Below, in pieces: positions 36,840-46,614 of a stretch of 64,000 bases of DNA. The stretch covers positions 30,090-94,089 of the forward strand of contig CAWEYF010000017.1 of NCBI GenBank assembly GCA_963813235.1. Direction: 5' to 3'. The DNA is from Candidatus Aminicenantes bacterium (lineage in GTDB: Bacteria; Acidobacteriota; Aminicenantia; Aminicenantales; Saccharicenantaceae). Numbering within the stretch: the first letter of the stretch is position 1; each line of letters starts with the position of its first letter. The notes beneath the pieces are model-generated. The model saw only the letters and a program-made list of their open reading frames with translations, was not told where the DNA came from and ran no database searches. The position numbers and the translations under genes are program-made.

Positions 36840-37865
36840 TCAGCCCTTTTTCTTATAGTCCGAGGGGACCTGGAAATCGGCCTCGCCCAGGTCGGCCGGG
36901 GCCAGCTCCAGGATCTCGACCCGGTAGGCCAGGGACGGCTCGGCGGGCCCTCCTTCGGCGGGCTTCTTCTTCAGGACCTTCTTGGCCAGGCCGCCGAGGA
37001 GACCCTTGGAGCCCCCCTCTTCCTCGGCCTCGCCCTTGGGCTTGTCGGAGGTCACCGTGTACTTTCCGTCGATGAGCACGGGATAGCCCTTGATCTTCTT
37101 CATCTCGGCGGCGGTCTTGGACGCATCGAACGAAGCGCCCGGGCGCCCCTTGGCCGCGTTCATGCTGTCGAGGAGAGACATCCAGTTCGTGCCGAGGACG
37201 TCCTGCTGGAGCTTTTCCTGGTCGAGCCCCACGGCCTTCATGTAGCCGCGGAAATATTTCGCTTCCTCTTTCTGCGCCCGGACGATATCGTCGGTGAGAG
37301 GCGTCGTGCGGACGTCGGTCTCGAGCTTGTTCGTCCCCTTCTCGCCGGTCCGGACGTTCTCCCAGTCCACGGTCCAGGTGACGACATACTTCTTCGTGGG
37401 GAAGCCGTTGACGTCCAGGGCCTCTCCGGTATCGTCCACGCGGAATTCGCTCTTGATGATGCGGATGTCGCTTTCGGCGGGCTTTTCGGCCTTCTCCCCG
37501 GCCGCTCCCTCTTCCGCTTTCTCCTCCGCCTTCTCCTCAGCGAACTTCTTGATCGGCGCGACGGTGTACTCCTTTTTCTTGGGGTCGAGCCGCGTGACGG
37601 TCAGCGCGGGAAGGTCGGTGATCTCGCCGAAACTGCCCGACCGGAGGACGGTCTTCCCGGCCAGGCCTCCCAGCAGGCCCTTGCCCTTGAAATCGTTCTG
37701 GGAATCGACCCATTGCCGCTCGGGCACGAGCCTCGAGGACTGGGTCATGGTCAGCTTGCCGAACCCTTTGAACGTGACCTCGGACCGGCTCTTCTTGACG
37801 ACGCCCGAAAAGGCCGGCGACGCGAGGAGGGCCAGGACGGTCAGGAATACGACGGACTTTTTCAT
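36840..37865 (-). CDS. secreted hypothetical protein
   Basis: Only the C-terminal 341 codons of ORF 36840..39227 look coding. ATG at 37865 follows GGAAGGAGA, with signal peptide MKKSVVFLTVLALLASPAFS. Confidence 0.65.
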   Translation of the reverse strand: MKKSVVFLTVLALLASPAFSGVVKKSRSEVTFKGFGKLTMTQSSRLVPERQWVDSQNDFKGKGLLGGLAGKTVLRSGSFGEITDLPALTVTRLDPKKKEYTVAPIKKFAEEKAEEKAEEGAAGEKAEKPAESDIRIIKSEFRVDDTGEALDVNGFPTKKYVVTWTVDWENVRTGEKGTNKLETDVRTTPLTDDIVRAQKEEAKYFRGYMKAVGLDQEKLQQDVLGTNWMSLLDSMNAAKGRPGASFDASKTAAEMKKIKGYPVLIDGKYTVTSDKPKGEAEEEGGSKGLLGGLAKKVLKKKPAEGGPAEPSLAYRVEILELAPADLGEADFQVPSDYKKKG

Positions 37866-38018
37866 CGAGGATCTCCTTCCGGAAAGGTAGCTGCGGTCAT
37901 CCCACTCCTTATAGAGGGAAAGGGCCCGGATGTCAACTCTCGCCCGAGGTCCGGCGGCTATGACGCGCGGCCCGTTTTGACGTATACTGGGGCCGAATCC
38001 GCCGAAAGGACGACGCCC

Positions 38019-39298
38019 GTGGCCAATATCGTGACGATCATCATGGCCGGCGGTCAGGGGAGCCGCCTCTACCCGCTGACCCGGGTCCGGAGCAAGCCGG
38101 CCGTTCCCATCGCCGGCCGATTCCGCCTCATCGACATCCCGATCAGCAACTGCATCCATTCGGGCTTCCGGAAGATCTTCGTCCTCACCCAGTTCGCCAG
38201 CGAGTCCCTCCACCGCCACATCTTCCTGACCTACCGGTTCGACAACTTCACCAAGGATTTCGTGACGATCCTGTCGGCCCAGCAGACGCTCGAGAACCGG
38301 AACTGGTACCAGGGGACGGCCGACGCCGTCCGGCAGAATCTGAAGTTCATCGAGAAGACGGGCGACCTGGTCCTCGTCCTGTCCGGGGACCATCTCTACC
38401 GGATGGACTACCGGAAGTTCGTGGAGTCGCACCTCAGGAAACGCGCCGAGATCAGCATCTCCGTGATCCCCGTCGGCCCGGACCGGGCCCCGGAACTGGG
38501 CGTCATGAAGGTCGACCGGCGCGGCCGGATCGTCGATTTCCTCGAAAAGCCGAAGACGCCCGAGGACCTCGAACGGATGAGGGTTCCCGAGGAGGTGTTC
38601 GCGCGGCTCGGCGACACCGCGGGCGGATCGACGCACCTGGCCTCGATGGGGATCTACGTCTTCGATTCGGACGTCCTCGCCGACCTCCTCGCCTCGACGA
38701 CCTACGAGGATTTCGGCCGGGAGGTCATCCCCTTCGCCATCAGGGAGCGGAAGGTCTTCGCCCACACCTTCGACGGCTACTGGGCGGACATCGGGACCAT
38801 CCCGAGCTTCTTCGATGCCCACATGGACCTCACGCGGCCCCTCCCCCGATTCAACTTTTACGACGAAGAACGGCCTATCTTCACCCACGCCCGGTTCCTC
38901 CCGGGCTCGAAGATCCTGAGCTCGGAGGTCGAGGAGTCCATCCTCTGCGAGGGGAGCATTGTCAGCCGTTCGACGATCCGGCAGTCCATCATCGGCGTCC
39001 GGTCGCGGATCGGCGAGAACTGCCGCATCGAACGGACCGTCATGATGGGGGCGGACTATTTCGAATCCGCGGAGGGCCTGAAGGCGAACCGGGCGAAGGG
39101 GATCCCCGACATCGGCCTCGGGAGGGACTGCGGAGGTCCGCAACGCCATCATCGACAAGAACGCCCGGATCGGCGCCGGGGTGAGGCTCGTCAACGCCCG
39201 GAAAAAAGTCGCCGACAGCTCCGACAACTACGCTCATCGTCGACGGCATCCTCGTCGTCCCGAAGAGCGCCGTCATCCCCGACGGTACGGTCATATAG
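38019..39298 (+). pseudogene. glgC: glucose-1-phosphate adenylyltransferase, two +1 frameshifts near the 3' end (about 39131 and 39232)
   Basis: MAGGQGSRLYPLT..SKPAVP..GRFRLIDIPISNC and the rest are collinear with GlgC. The tail reads GRDC|EVRNAIIDKNARIGAGV...DNY|LIVDGILVVPKSAVIPDGTVI* only after removing one g at each site. Confidence 0.85.
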
Positions 39299-39308
39299 TT
39301 CAAGCGGG

Positions 39309-40772
39309 TTAGCGGTTGGAGATCAAGGGTTGGGGCAGGGCCGGCCCGTCCTGTCCGATCGCTTTCAGAAAGAGGGCTTCGAGGTCGGCGCCGGGGCCCA
39401 GGTCCTCCCGCCGTTCCCGGAGGACGACCTCCCCCCGATGCACGACGATGATGTCGTCGTAGACCTTCCCGACCTCGGCGATGATATGGGAGCTCAGCAG
39501 GACGGCGCATCCCCCGGAAGCGAGTTCCCGGAAGATGCCGCGCGCGTTCCGGATGGAGACCGGGTCGAGGGCCGAAAACGGTTCGTCCGCGACGAAGAGC
39601 GCCGGAGAGAGGATGAGGCTCTGCAGGTAGGCGAATTTTTTCCGGTTCCCATGGGAATAGGTCGAGACCCTGCGCCGAAGGAGCTCCGGAGGGAACGGCA
39701 GGCGTTCGCACCATTCGAGGACGCTCCGGCGCGCCCGGTCCCGCGGGATCCCGTTGAGGAGCGCGGCGCAGTCCAGGAGCTCGTCGCCACGGACCCAGGG
39801 AAAGAACGACGGTTGTTCCGGGACATAACCGATGGTCCCGGCATTGATGTGGATCTTCCCTCCGTCCTTGCACAGGAAGCCCAGAGCGAGCCTGATGGCC
39901 GTGGACTTGCCCGCGCCATTCTCGCCGAGGAGCGCCGCGACCCGTCCGCCGTCAAGAGAGAAGCTGATATCGCGGACGGCCCGGACGGAGCCGAACCGCC
40001 GGGACAGACGCAGGACGGCCAGGACGGTCCGGCTCATCGTCCTCTCAGCTCCGACCTCCTGACGATCAGGACCTGAATAGAGGAACAGGGCCCCGGCGGC
40101 CAGGACGATCCAAGGCACGTGGCGGCGTAGGGGAACGGCGACGAGGATATTGGGAAGGATGCCGGCGAGAGCGACGAATCTCAGCTGCTCCCCCGTGCCG
40201 GAGAACGTGCCCGTCGCCAGGGCTTCAACGAATCGGTGCCCGCCCGAGGCGTCGACGATCAAGCCGACGAACGCCGCCGCCTGGGCGACGATGAGGACCA
40301 GGACGTTCGAACCTCCCTCGAGGAAGTGCCCCAGCAAGCCGCCGAGACCGATATAATAAACACCGACGCAAAGGGAGGCCGCAAACCCCCGCACGTCCGC
40401 GGGGCCGGCCCGTTGCGCTCCGAGACTGCCGGCTTGAATGGCCGCAAACACGACAAGGGCGTAGGCGACGCCTGCCAGAACGAGGGCCGCGTTCTTCCAG
40501 AGAATATGCCGTCTGAATCCGCCGCGGACGAAGAGGACGTTCTCGAGCGCGCCCCCGGCGGCTTCGCCCTTGAACATGTTCTGCGTCATGACCAGGAAAA
40601 CGTGGGGGAGAAGATAGAGGAAGATCTTCAACGCGGTCCCTCGGGACTCCCGGGCCCAGACAAAGGCGACGAGCGCCGGCAGGGACAGCGCCGACACGAG
40701 GGTCGCCGGCGACCTCCGCAGTTTCAGGACGGTGAGCCGGACCGCGAGCCGGCCGCGAGCTCGATCAGGCAT
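39309..40772 (-). CDS. ABC transporter, membrane domain fused in-frame to ATP-binding domain (ABC-2 type)
   Basis: N-terminal about 245 aa with about 6 TM segments. C-terminal NBD with Walker A GENGAGKST, signature YSHGNRKK and Walker B LFVADEP. No stop lies between the two parts. Confidence 0.7.
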   Translation of the reverse strand: MPDRARGRLAVRLTVLKLRRSPATLVSALSLPALVAFVWARESRGTALKIFLYLLPHVFLVMTQNMFKGEAAGGALENVLFVRGGFRRHILWKNAALVLAGVAYALVVFAAIQAGSLGAQRAGPADVRGFAASLCVGVYYIGLGGLLGHFLEGGSNVLVLIVAQAAAFVGLIVDASGGHRFVEALATGTFSGTGEQLRFVALAGILPNILVAVPLRRHVPWIVLAAGALFLYSGPDRQEVGAERTMSRTVLAVLRLSRRFGSVRAVRDISFSLDGGRVAALLGENGAGKSTAIRLALGFLCKDGGKIHINAGTIGYVPEQPSFFPWVRGDELLDCAALLNGIPRDRARRSVLEWCERLPFPPELLRRRVSTYSHGNRKKFAYLQSLILSPALFVADEPFSALDPVSIRNARGIFRELASGGCAVLLSSHIIAEVGKVYDDIIVVHRGEVVLRERREDLGPGADLEALFLKAIGQDGPALPQPLISNR

Positions 40773-41212
40773 CGTTGGGCCCTCCTCAGCCGCTCATCCA
40801 GGGCCAGATAATAATCGTCCCTATAGGCCTCGGTCCCCCCGGCCAGGATGATCTTGAAGGGAAGGAGGTCCACCCTGAACCGGCGGCGGATCCGCCCGCG
40901 TTCGTCCCGGACGACCGGGCAGGTCAAGGAATGTTTTTCGACGAATTTATCAATTTCGGCCTCGGTATCGCCGCTGATCCCCACAACCGCGGCGCCGAGC
41001 CCGTGTCGGCGGACGAACAGGTTCATCTCCAGCAGGTCGTCGAAACACGGGGTGCAGCCCGTCGAAAAGAACACGAGCAGGGCCGGCCTCCCATCGGCCG
41101 GGAGGGCTTCATCCAGGGAATGCGGGACGAATCGCCGGGTGCCACCCCATGTCCCGAGACAGGAAAAAACAAAGAGCACGGTCCAGCCCACAAGGGCCCC
41201 GGCCCGCCTCAT
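40724..41212 (-). CDS. TlpA/ResA-like thiol-disulfide oxidoreductase (thioredoxin fold, CxxC)
   Basis: Signal/anchor segment. ALLVFFSTGCTPC motif and overall redoxin layout. Confidence 0.7.
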   Translation of the reverse strand: MRRAGALVGWTVLFVFSCLGTWGGTRRFVPHSLDEALPADGRPALLVFFSTGCTPCFDDLLEMNLFVRRHGLGAAVVGISGDTEAEIDKFVEKHSLTCPVVRDERGRIRRRFRVDLLPFKIILAGGTEAYRDDYYLALDERLRRAQRCLIELAAGSRSGSPS

Positions 41213-42195
41213 CGGGATTCCGTCCTGAAGATCCTCAGGTTATTGTCATCGTCGACGGCATTGATCAGGTCGCCGTCCAGATCTATCCTCCTGACGATGG
41301 AAGGGAGCTCGACGAGCCCGTCGAGGCTCCCGTCGTGGCCGACGAGATAGACGCGCCGCCCGGGGCCGATATCCCCCTCGTCCGTGTAATCGGGAGCTAT
41401 AAGGCCGATCCGGCCCCCGTCGAAGGCCGCGTCCCAGCAGAAGGCCCGGAGGACCTTGTTGGGGCCCGGCAGCGGAAGGGTGATCGTTTTAAAGGGGTAA
41501 GCATCCGGAACCCCGATCGGGGCGAGCGGCATTCCCGATCCGTCGAAATGGCGGATCGCGTTCTCGTCGCTCTTCAGGACGACGTAGAGATCGTCGCTCC
41601 CTCCCCGGACCATGACGAGGAGGTTGCGGAACGCGTCATAGGTCCTATCCCCCGATACATGGCCCGGCATCCCTTCCCAAAGCAGCTTCCCCTCTCCCGT
41701 GTAGCAGTGGAGCATCGGCTCGGCTCCCCTGAGTCCCAAGGGAAGATGGGACACGACGATCTTTCCCCCATCCAGGGCGCAGATCTGGTCCGGGCTGTAC
41801 GGGACCTTGAAGCCGCCGAGATATTTCCCGGCTCCGTCCAGGACCTGGATCCTGTCGTTGAACTTGTCGGCAACGTAAAGACGGCCGTCCCGCGCGTCCA
41901 GATCGGCGGGGGCGGCGAACTCTCCGGGCCCCTGCCCTTTCCTCCCCAAAACCCTGAGAAAGACGCCGGCCCTGGAAAAAACCCGGACCTCGTGGGCCTC
42001 CGCATCGACGACGTAGACGGCATCGGCATCGTGAGATATGGAGACGGGCCGGCCGAAGGCGGCCTCGGCGTCGGTGCCATGATCGGTCTTGACGTCACGG
42101 GCCGTCAATCGCCGGAGGTCCGCCTTCCCCGCGGCGGGCGGACCCGCTGCGGCGATGACGGCGGCAAGGGCGGTCATGACGAAAGTGTACTTCAT
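41209..42195 (-). CDS. secreted NHL-repeat six-bladed beta-propeller protein
   Basis: Signal peptide. Repeated units such as GEFAAPADLDARDGRLYVADKFNDRIQVLD. GGAGG RBS. Its stop overlaps the next gene (ATGA). Confidence 0.75.
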   Translation of the reverse strand: MKYTFVMTALAAVIAAAGPPAAGKADLRRLTARDVKTDHGTDAEAAFGRPVSISHDADAVYVVDAEAHEVRVFSRAGVFLRVLGRKGQGPGEFAAPADLDARDGRLYVADKFNDRIQVLDGAGKYLGGFKVPYSPDQICALDGGKIVVSHLPLGLRGAEPMLHCYTGEGKLLWEGMPGHVSGDRTYDAFRNLLVMVRGGSDDLYVVLKSDENAIRHFDGSGMPLAPIGVPDAYPFKTITLPLPGPNKVLRAFCWDAAFDGGRIGLIAPDYTDEGDIGPGRRVYLVGHDGSLDGLVELPSIVRRIDLDGDLINAVDDDNNLRIFRTESR

Positions 42196-42228
42196 CGGGT
42201 ACCTCCATCGGACATCGGGAAGGACGTG

Positions 42229-42260
42229 AAAGGGGCCCCTTTATTCTCAGGGGCCCCTTC
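42229..42260 (-). promoter_or_regulatory. strong intercistronic hairpin (two copies of the 10-bp palindrome AGGGGCCCCT)
   Basis: AGGGGCCCCT at 42231-42240 and 42249-42258, separated by 8 nt. Lies between the small peptide gene and the NHL gene. Confidence 0.55.
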
Positions 42261-42266
42261 CCTTTT

Positions 42267-42485
42267 TCAGGCCAGCAAGAGGCACCTTCCCAGGCCGACG
42301 TCGCATACGGTCAAAAAGAGCGTCATCCTGACCCAGCCCACGTCCATGCCGAAAGCGTTGTTGCGGCACGTCCCGTAGTTCCTGAAGCACTCGGCGGAGT
42401 CGCGGGCTTCGGCCGCCCGGGGAAAGAACCAGACCGCGGAGAACACGACCAGCCCCGCAAGCGCGAGGGCAACGGCTTTTTTCAT
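42267..42485 (-). CDS. small secreted Cys-rich peptide (72 aa; predicted 45-aa mature form with CX6C...CX6C)
   Basis: ATG at 42485 follows a perfect AAGGAGG. The signal peptide is MKKAVALALAGLVVFSAVWFFPRAAEA. The mature part is RDSAECFRNYGTCRNNAFGMDVGWVRMTLFLTVCDVGLGRCLLLA. Confidence 0.6.
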   Translation of the reverse strand: MKKAVALALAGLVVFSAVWFFPRAAEARDSAECFRNYGTCRNNAFGMDVGWVRMTLFLTVCDVGLGRCLLLA

Positions 42486-42566
42486 CGGAACCTCCTTTCG
42501 GCAGATTCCTATGCAGGTTCCGTGCCCGGTCGCCTCCGGGAACGGTCGCGGATCATTCCCTTGATA

Positions 42567-42595
42567 ATAATAGGGTTCTTGGTGCACCGGTGGAA
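42567..42595 (-). promoter_or_regulatory. candidate sigma70 promoter (TTCCAC-N17-TATTAT)
   Basis: On the minus strand, -35 lies at 42590-42595 and -10 at 42567-42572, about 80 nt upstream of the peptide gene. Confidence 0.35.
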
Positions 42596-42726
42596 GCGGC
42601 GCCCGGTCTCGGGGCGGGCCATGGGCGCTCGAAATGAGACGCGGTCTCTAACCTGTTCGAAGACCACGGGTTAGGCGGGCGGTAGAAGGCACAAGATGTG
42701 AACCGGCGACCGGAGACGGAGGCCTG

Positions 42727-44394
42727 TCATATCATCGGAATCTTGATCTTTTTCTCGCGGGCGAACCGGATTGCTTCGTCGTAGCCCGCATCGGCGTGCC
42801 GGACGACCCCCATCCCGGGATCACCGGTGAGGACCCGCTCCAAGCGCTTCCCCATGGCCGGGGTGCCGTCGGCGACGACCACCATCCCGGCGTGCAGGGA
42901 CAGCCCGATACCCACGCCCCCGCCATGGTGGACGGAGACCCAGGAAGCCCCGTTCACCGCGTTGAGAAGGGCGTTCAGGACCGGCCAGTCGGCGATGGCG
43001 TCGGATCCGTCCTTCATGCCCTCGGTCTCGCGGTTCGGGGAGGCCACCGAGCCCGTGTCCAGGTGGTCGCGCCCGATGACGACCGGAGCGCTGATCACGC
43101 CCTTCCGGACCATGCGGTTGATGACCGCGCCGAACTCCGCCCTTTCGCCGTAGCCGAGCCAGCAGATCCGCGCGGGCAATCCCTGGAACCGGACCTGTTT
43201 CCGGGCCTTCCTGATCCACCGCGCGAGGGCCTCGTCCTCCGGGAACAGCTTGAGGACGGCCTCGTCCGTGGCATGGATGTCCCGCGCCCTCCCGGAGAGC
43301 GCCGCCCAGCGGAACGGGCCCTTGCCCGCGCAAAAGAGGGGCCGAATGTATTCGGGGACGAAGCCCGGAATGTCGAACGCGTCGGCGACGCCAGCCTTCA
43401 AGGCCTGGCCCCGGATGTTGTTCCCGTAATCGAACGTCCGGGCCCCCAGCTTCCGGAGATCGAGCATCGCCCGGACGTGGACGGCCATGGCTTCGAAGGA
43501 GCGCCGGATGTAGTCCTTCGGATCGTCCCGACGGAGCCTCAGGGCTTCAGCGTACGGGATGCCGTTCGGGACGTACCCGTTGAGCTCGTCGTGGGCGGAG
43601 GTCTGGTCGGTCAGTACGTCGGGGACGATCCCCCTCCGGACGAACTCGGGGACAACGTCGGCGGCATTGCCCAGGAGGGCAACAGAGAGGGGCTCCCTTT
43701 TTTTCACGGCCGCGCCGGCGAGCCTTAGCGCCTCGTCGAGGCTCTTGGTCATGACGTCGACATACCGCGTGTCGAGGCGGCGTCGGATACGCTCCGGGTC
43801 TGCCTCGACGACAACGGCCACACCCTCGTTCATGGTGACGGCCAGCGGCTGGGCCCCGCCCATCCCCCCGAGCCCGGCCGTGATGACGAGTCTGCCCCTG
43901 AGGGTCCCCCCGAAATGTCGGCGGGCCGCAGCGGCCAGGGTCTCGTAGGTCCCCTGGAGGATGCCTTGGGTCCCGATATAGATCCAGCTCCCGGCTGTCA
44001 TCTGCCCGTACATCGTCAGTCCCAAGGCTTCGAGCCTCCGGAATTCGTCCCAGGTCGCCCACTTGGGGACGATCAGCGCGTTGGCGATGAGGACCCGAGG
44101 TGCCTGGTCATGGGTCGGGAACACGGCTACGGGCTTGCCCGACTGGACGATGAGCGTCTCGTCGTTTCCGAGGCCCTTCAGGCTTTCGACGATCGCCCGG
44201 TAGCATTCCCAGTTCCGCGCGGCCCTGCCCGTGCCCCCGTAAACGATGAGGTCCCGGGGCTTCTCGGCCACCTCGGGGTCAAGATTGTTCATCAGCATCC
44301 GCAGCGCGCCTTCCTGCGACCATCCCTTCGTATGCAGGACGTTCCCGCGGTAGGCCCGGATGGGCTTCGATGGAGCTCCCGTTCTCTCGCTCAT
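42727..44394 (-). CDS. hutU: urocanate hydratase
   Basis: 555 aa. [36 protein letters not shown] and full-length collinearity with HutU. Confidence 0.92.
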   Translation of the reverse strand: MSERTGAPSKPIRAYRGNVLHTKGWSQEGALRMLMNNLDPEVAEKPRDLIVYGGTGRAARNWECYRAIVESLKGLGNDETLIVQSGKPVAVFPTHDQAPRVLIANALIVPKWATWDEFRRLEALGLTMYGQMTAGSWIYIGTQGILQGTYETLAAAARRHFGGTLRGRLVITAGLGGMGGAQPLAVTMNEGVAVVVEADPERIRRRLDTRYVDVMTKSLDEALRLAGAAVKKREPLSVALLGNAADVVPEFVRRGIVPDVLTDQTSAHDELNGYVPNGIPYAEALRLRRDDPKDYIRRSFEAMAVHVRAMLDLRKLGARTFDYGNNIRGQALKAGVADAFDIPGFVPEYIRPLFCAGKGPFRWAALSGRARDIHATDEAVLKLFPEDEALARWIRKARKQVRFQGLPARICWLGYGERAEFGAVINRMVRKGVISAPVVIGRDHLDTGSVASPNRETEGMKDGSDAIADWPVLNALLNAVNGASWVSVHHGGGVGIGLSLHAGMVVVADGTPAMGKRLERVLTGDPGMGVVRHADAGYDEAIRFAREKKIKIPMI

Positions 44395-44595
44395 GAGCGT
44401 CTCCTCGACGTTTCGATGATATCATACCCCCCGGGGGGACTTCCACACGCCCTAAAAAAGCTGTTGACGCGGCCGGAATTCCTGGTGTAAGGTATTGACA
44501 GGTTTTCAAGGAAAGGGACCCGGCCGGATCCCGTGGGCCCGACTCGGGCGACGGGGCCGGATACGGGCCATGGGTTTTATCGGGCCGGGGCCGCC

Positions 44596-46614
44596 ATGAA
44601 CCAGAGACCGATCCTCGTTCTGAATCCGAATCCTATAGAGGCCGATATCCTGTCGAAGCTTTGCCAGCTTTACGGGACGGTCATTGCCGCGTCCTCCTTG
44701 GAGGCGGCCGCAGTCCTGCCGGGAGTGTCGGATGCCCTGATGGCCGTCCTCGACGCGTCGGCCGCGATGCAGCCTGCCGCCCGAAGCCTATTCGGCAAGG
44801 CGACGGCCGTCATCATCACCGGCCGGGACGACGCAAGGCTCCGTTCCCTGGCCCGGGACTGGCCTTCCGACTGGTACGTCGACACGTTCGCCCTGTCCGT
44901 GCCCGTCCAGGACCCCGCCCAGTTCACCAAGTCGGTCGAACGGGCGCTCAACCACGTTGCGATGAGCGCGGAGGTCGGCACCCTGCGGAGCGCCCTCGAC
45001 ATCCAGGGGGCCAAGGTCCGTGACGTCTATGCCGAGATCCGGGAGATCAAGAGCCTCATCAACGAGAACTTCTTCAAGGAGCTCGAAAAGCGGGTGGCGA
45101 TCGAGGCCAAGTACGTCTGGTTCCGGAAGGAACGGCAGAGGATCGAGAAGGTCCTCCGCAAGATCTACGCGGCCAACGACGTCTCGAGCCTTCTCGACAT
45201 CTCCGCGGACTTCAAGGATATCGTCCAGGCCTCAGGGGCCTCGATCTACATCCTGGAGGAGAACGAGACGCTCGGCCGGTACCTCAAGCCGCTGGTCTGG
45301 GACGATACTTTTCTGACCCATCCCGAGTCCCTGAGGTACGTCGCCCGCCTCGACGCCCAGGACTTCGCCGCAACCGTCGCCCTCCACGGCCGGGAGGTCA
45401 ACATCACCGAGCTCTCCTTCGACCGGCGCCTCTCGCGGAGGTACGTCGAGCACCTTCGGACGCCGCTGAAGAGCCTGTTGGCCGTCCCCATCCGCTACGA
45501 CACGGAGGTCATCGGCGTCGTCGAGATCTACAACAAGACCTCCGGGGGAAAGCCCGTCCGGGCCGGGTTCTCGAGGGAGGACCAGGAGATCCTCCGGGGG
45601 CTGTCCGAACACATCGCCATCGCGATGACGAAATTGAACCTCATCCAGTACGACGCCCTGACCGGCCTGCTTCGGCCCGACCCCTTCTTCGAAAAGGTCG
45701 TCCGGAAGATCAATTCCCGGGGCAAGCGCCGGCGCGAGGAAGGCTCCTCGGCCCTGGTCATGGGGGACGTGGACTGGTTCAAGAACTACAACGACCGGAA
45801 CGGCCACGAGGCGGGGAACAAGCTCCTGCGCGAGCTGGCCGGCGTCATGAAGGACTCGATCCGCGAGGAGGACCTCGTCTGCCGCTACGGCGGGGAGGAA
45901 TTCCTCTTCTTTTTGACGGGAGTCAAGAACCTCGAGGACGCCTGCCTGTTCACCGACCGCATCCGGAAGAACGTCGAAGAGCACTATTTCGAGTTCCAGG
46001 AGTTCCAGCCCGGGAACAACCTGACCATGTCCTTCGGCGTGACGATGTTCCCGCCGCACGCGACCGGACAGGCCGCGGACGTCGCCAAGGCCGACCTGAG
46101 GCTCCTGGCCGGGGAGGCGGACATGGCCATGGCCGAGGCCAAGGGGAAGAGATCGTTCGAGCCGGGGACCGGCACCGACGAACGGGTCCTCACGAAGAAC
46201 AAGGTCTGTGGTTTCTCCCGGGAACAGGCTGAGGAACGGCGGGGCGGGATCATCCGGACGTACCGGGAGACGTCTTACCGGGAAAAGAGGAAGTACGAGA
46301 GATACCGCACGTCCACCCTCATGATGGTCCAGGAGAACGGCGGGTTCAAGGTGGCGAAAACGGTCAACATGAGCCTCGGAGGGGCGAGGATCCTTTCCGA
46401 TGCCCGGCTTCCCGTCGCCAAGACGATCGGCCTGATCCTCGTCCTTGGCAACAAGGCGAACCGCATCGCGAGCGACGTCGTCTATTCGAACAGGGCCGGG
46501 GGGGAATCCCCTTATTTTTATTCGGGGCTGAAATTCAAGGACCTGTCGCCCGCCGACCAGAAGGCGCTCGAGGAATACTTCGAGTCGTTACGGAAGGCCG
46601 GGTCGCTCAACTGA
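44596..46614 (+). CDS. diguanylate cyclase with receiver-like, GAF and C-terminal PilZ domains
   Basis: RYGGEEFLFF (GGEEF), a GAF-like region (VPIRYDTEVIGVVEIYN), and a PilZ-like C-terminus (RKYERYR...NMSLGGARI). The ORF opens at 44533 and the ATG at 44596 was chosen. Confidence 0.85.
   Translation: MNQRPILVLNPNPIEADILSKLCQLYGTVIAASSLEAAAVLPGVSDALMAVLDASAAMQPAARSLFGKATAVIITGRDDARLRSLARDWPSDWYVDTFALSVPVQDPAQFTKSVERALNHVAMSAEVGTLRSALDIQGAKVRDVYAEIREIKSLINENFFKELEKRVAIEAKYVWFRKERQRIEKVLRKIYAANDVSSLLDISADFKDIVQASGASIYILEENETLGRYLKPLVWDDTFLTHPESLRYVARLDAQDFAATVALHGREVNITELSFDRRLSRRYVEHLRTPLKSLLAVPIRYDTEVIGVVEIYNKTSGGKPVRAGFSREDQEILRGLSEHIAIAMTKLNLIQYDALTGLLRPDPFFEKVVRKINSRGKRRREEGSSALVMGDVDWFKNYNDRNGHEAGNKLLRELAGVMKDSIREEDLVCRYGGEEFLFFLTGVKNLEDACLFTDRIRKNVEEHYFEFQEFQPGNNLTMSFGVTMFPPHATGQAADVAKADLRLLAGEADMAMAEAKGKRSFEPGTGTDERVLTKNKVCGFSREQAEERRGGIIRTYRETSYREKRKYERYRTSTLMMVQENGGFKVAKTVNMSLGGARILSDARLPVAKTIGLILVLGNKANRIASDVVYSNRAGGESPYFYSGLKFKDLSPADQKALEEYFESLRKAGSLN

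Noticed and set aside
36573-40076. 1167-aa ORF on the + strand and 795-aa ORF 36840..39227 on the - strand
   Set aside because: Only 38019-39130 of the + ORF (glgC) and 36840-37865 of the - ORF (signal-peptide protein with an RBS) look coding. The rest is antisense read-through of neighbouring genes.
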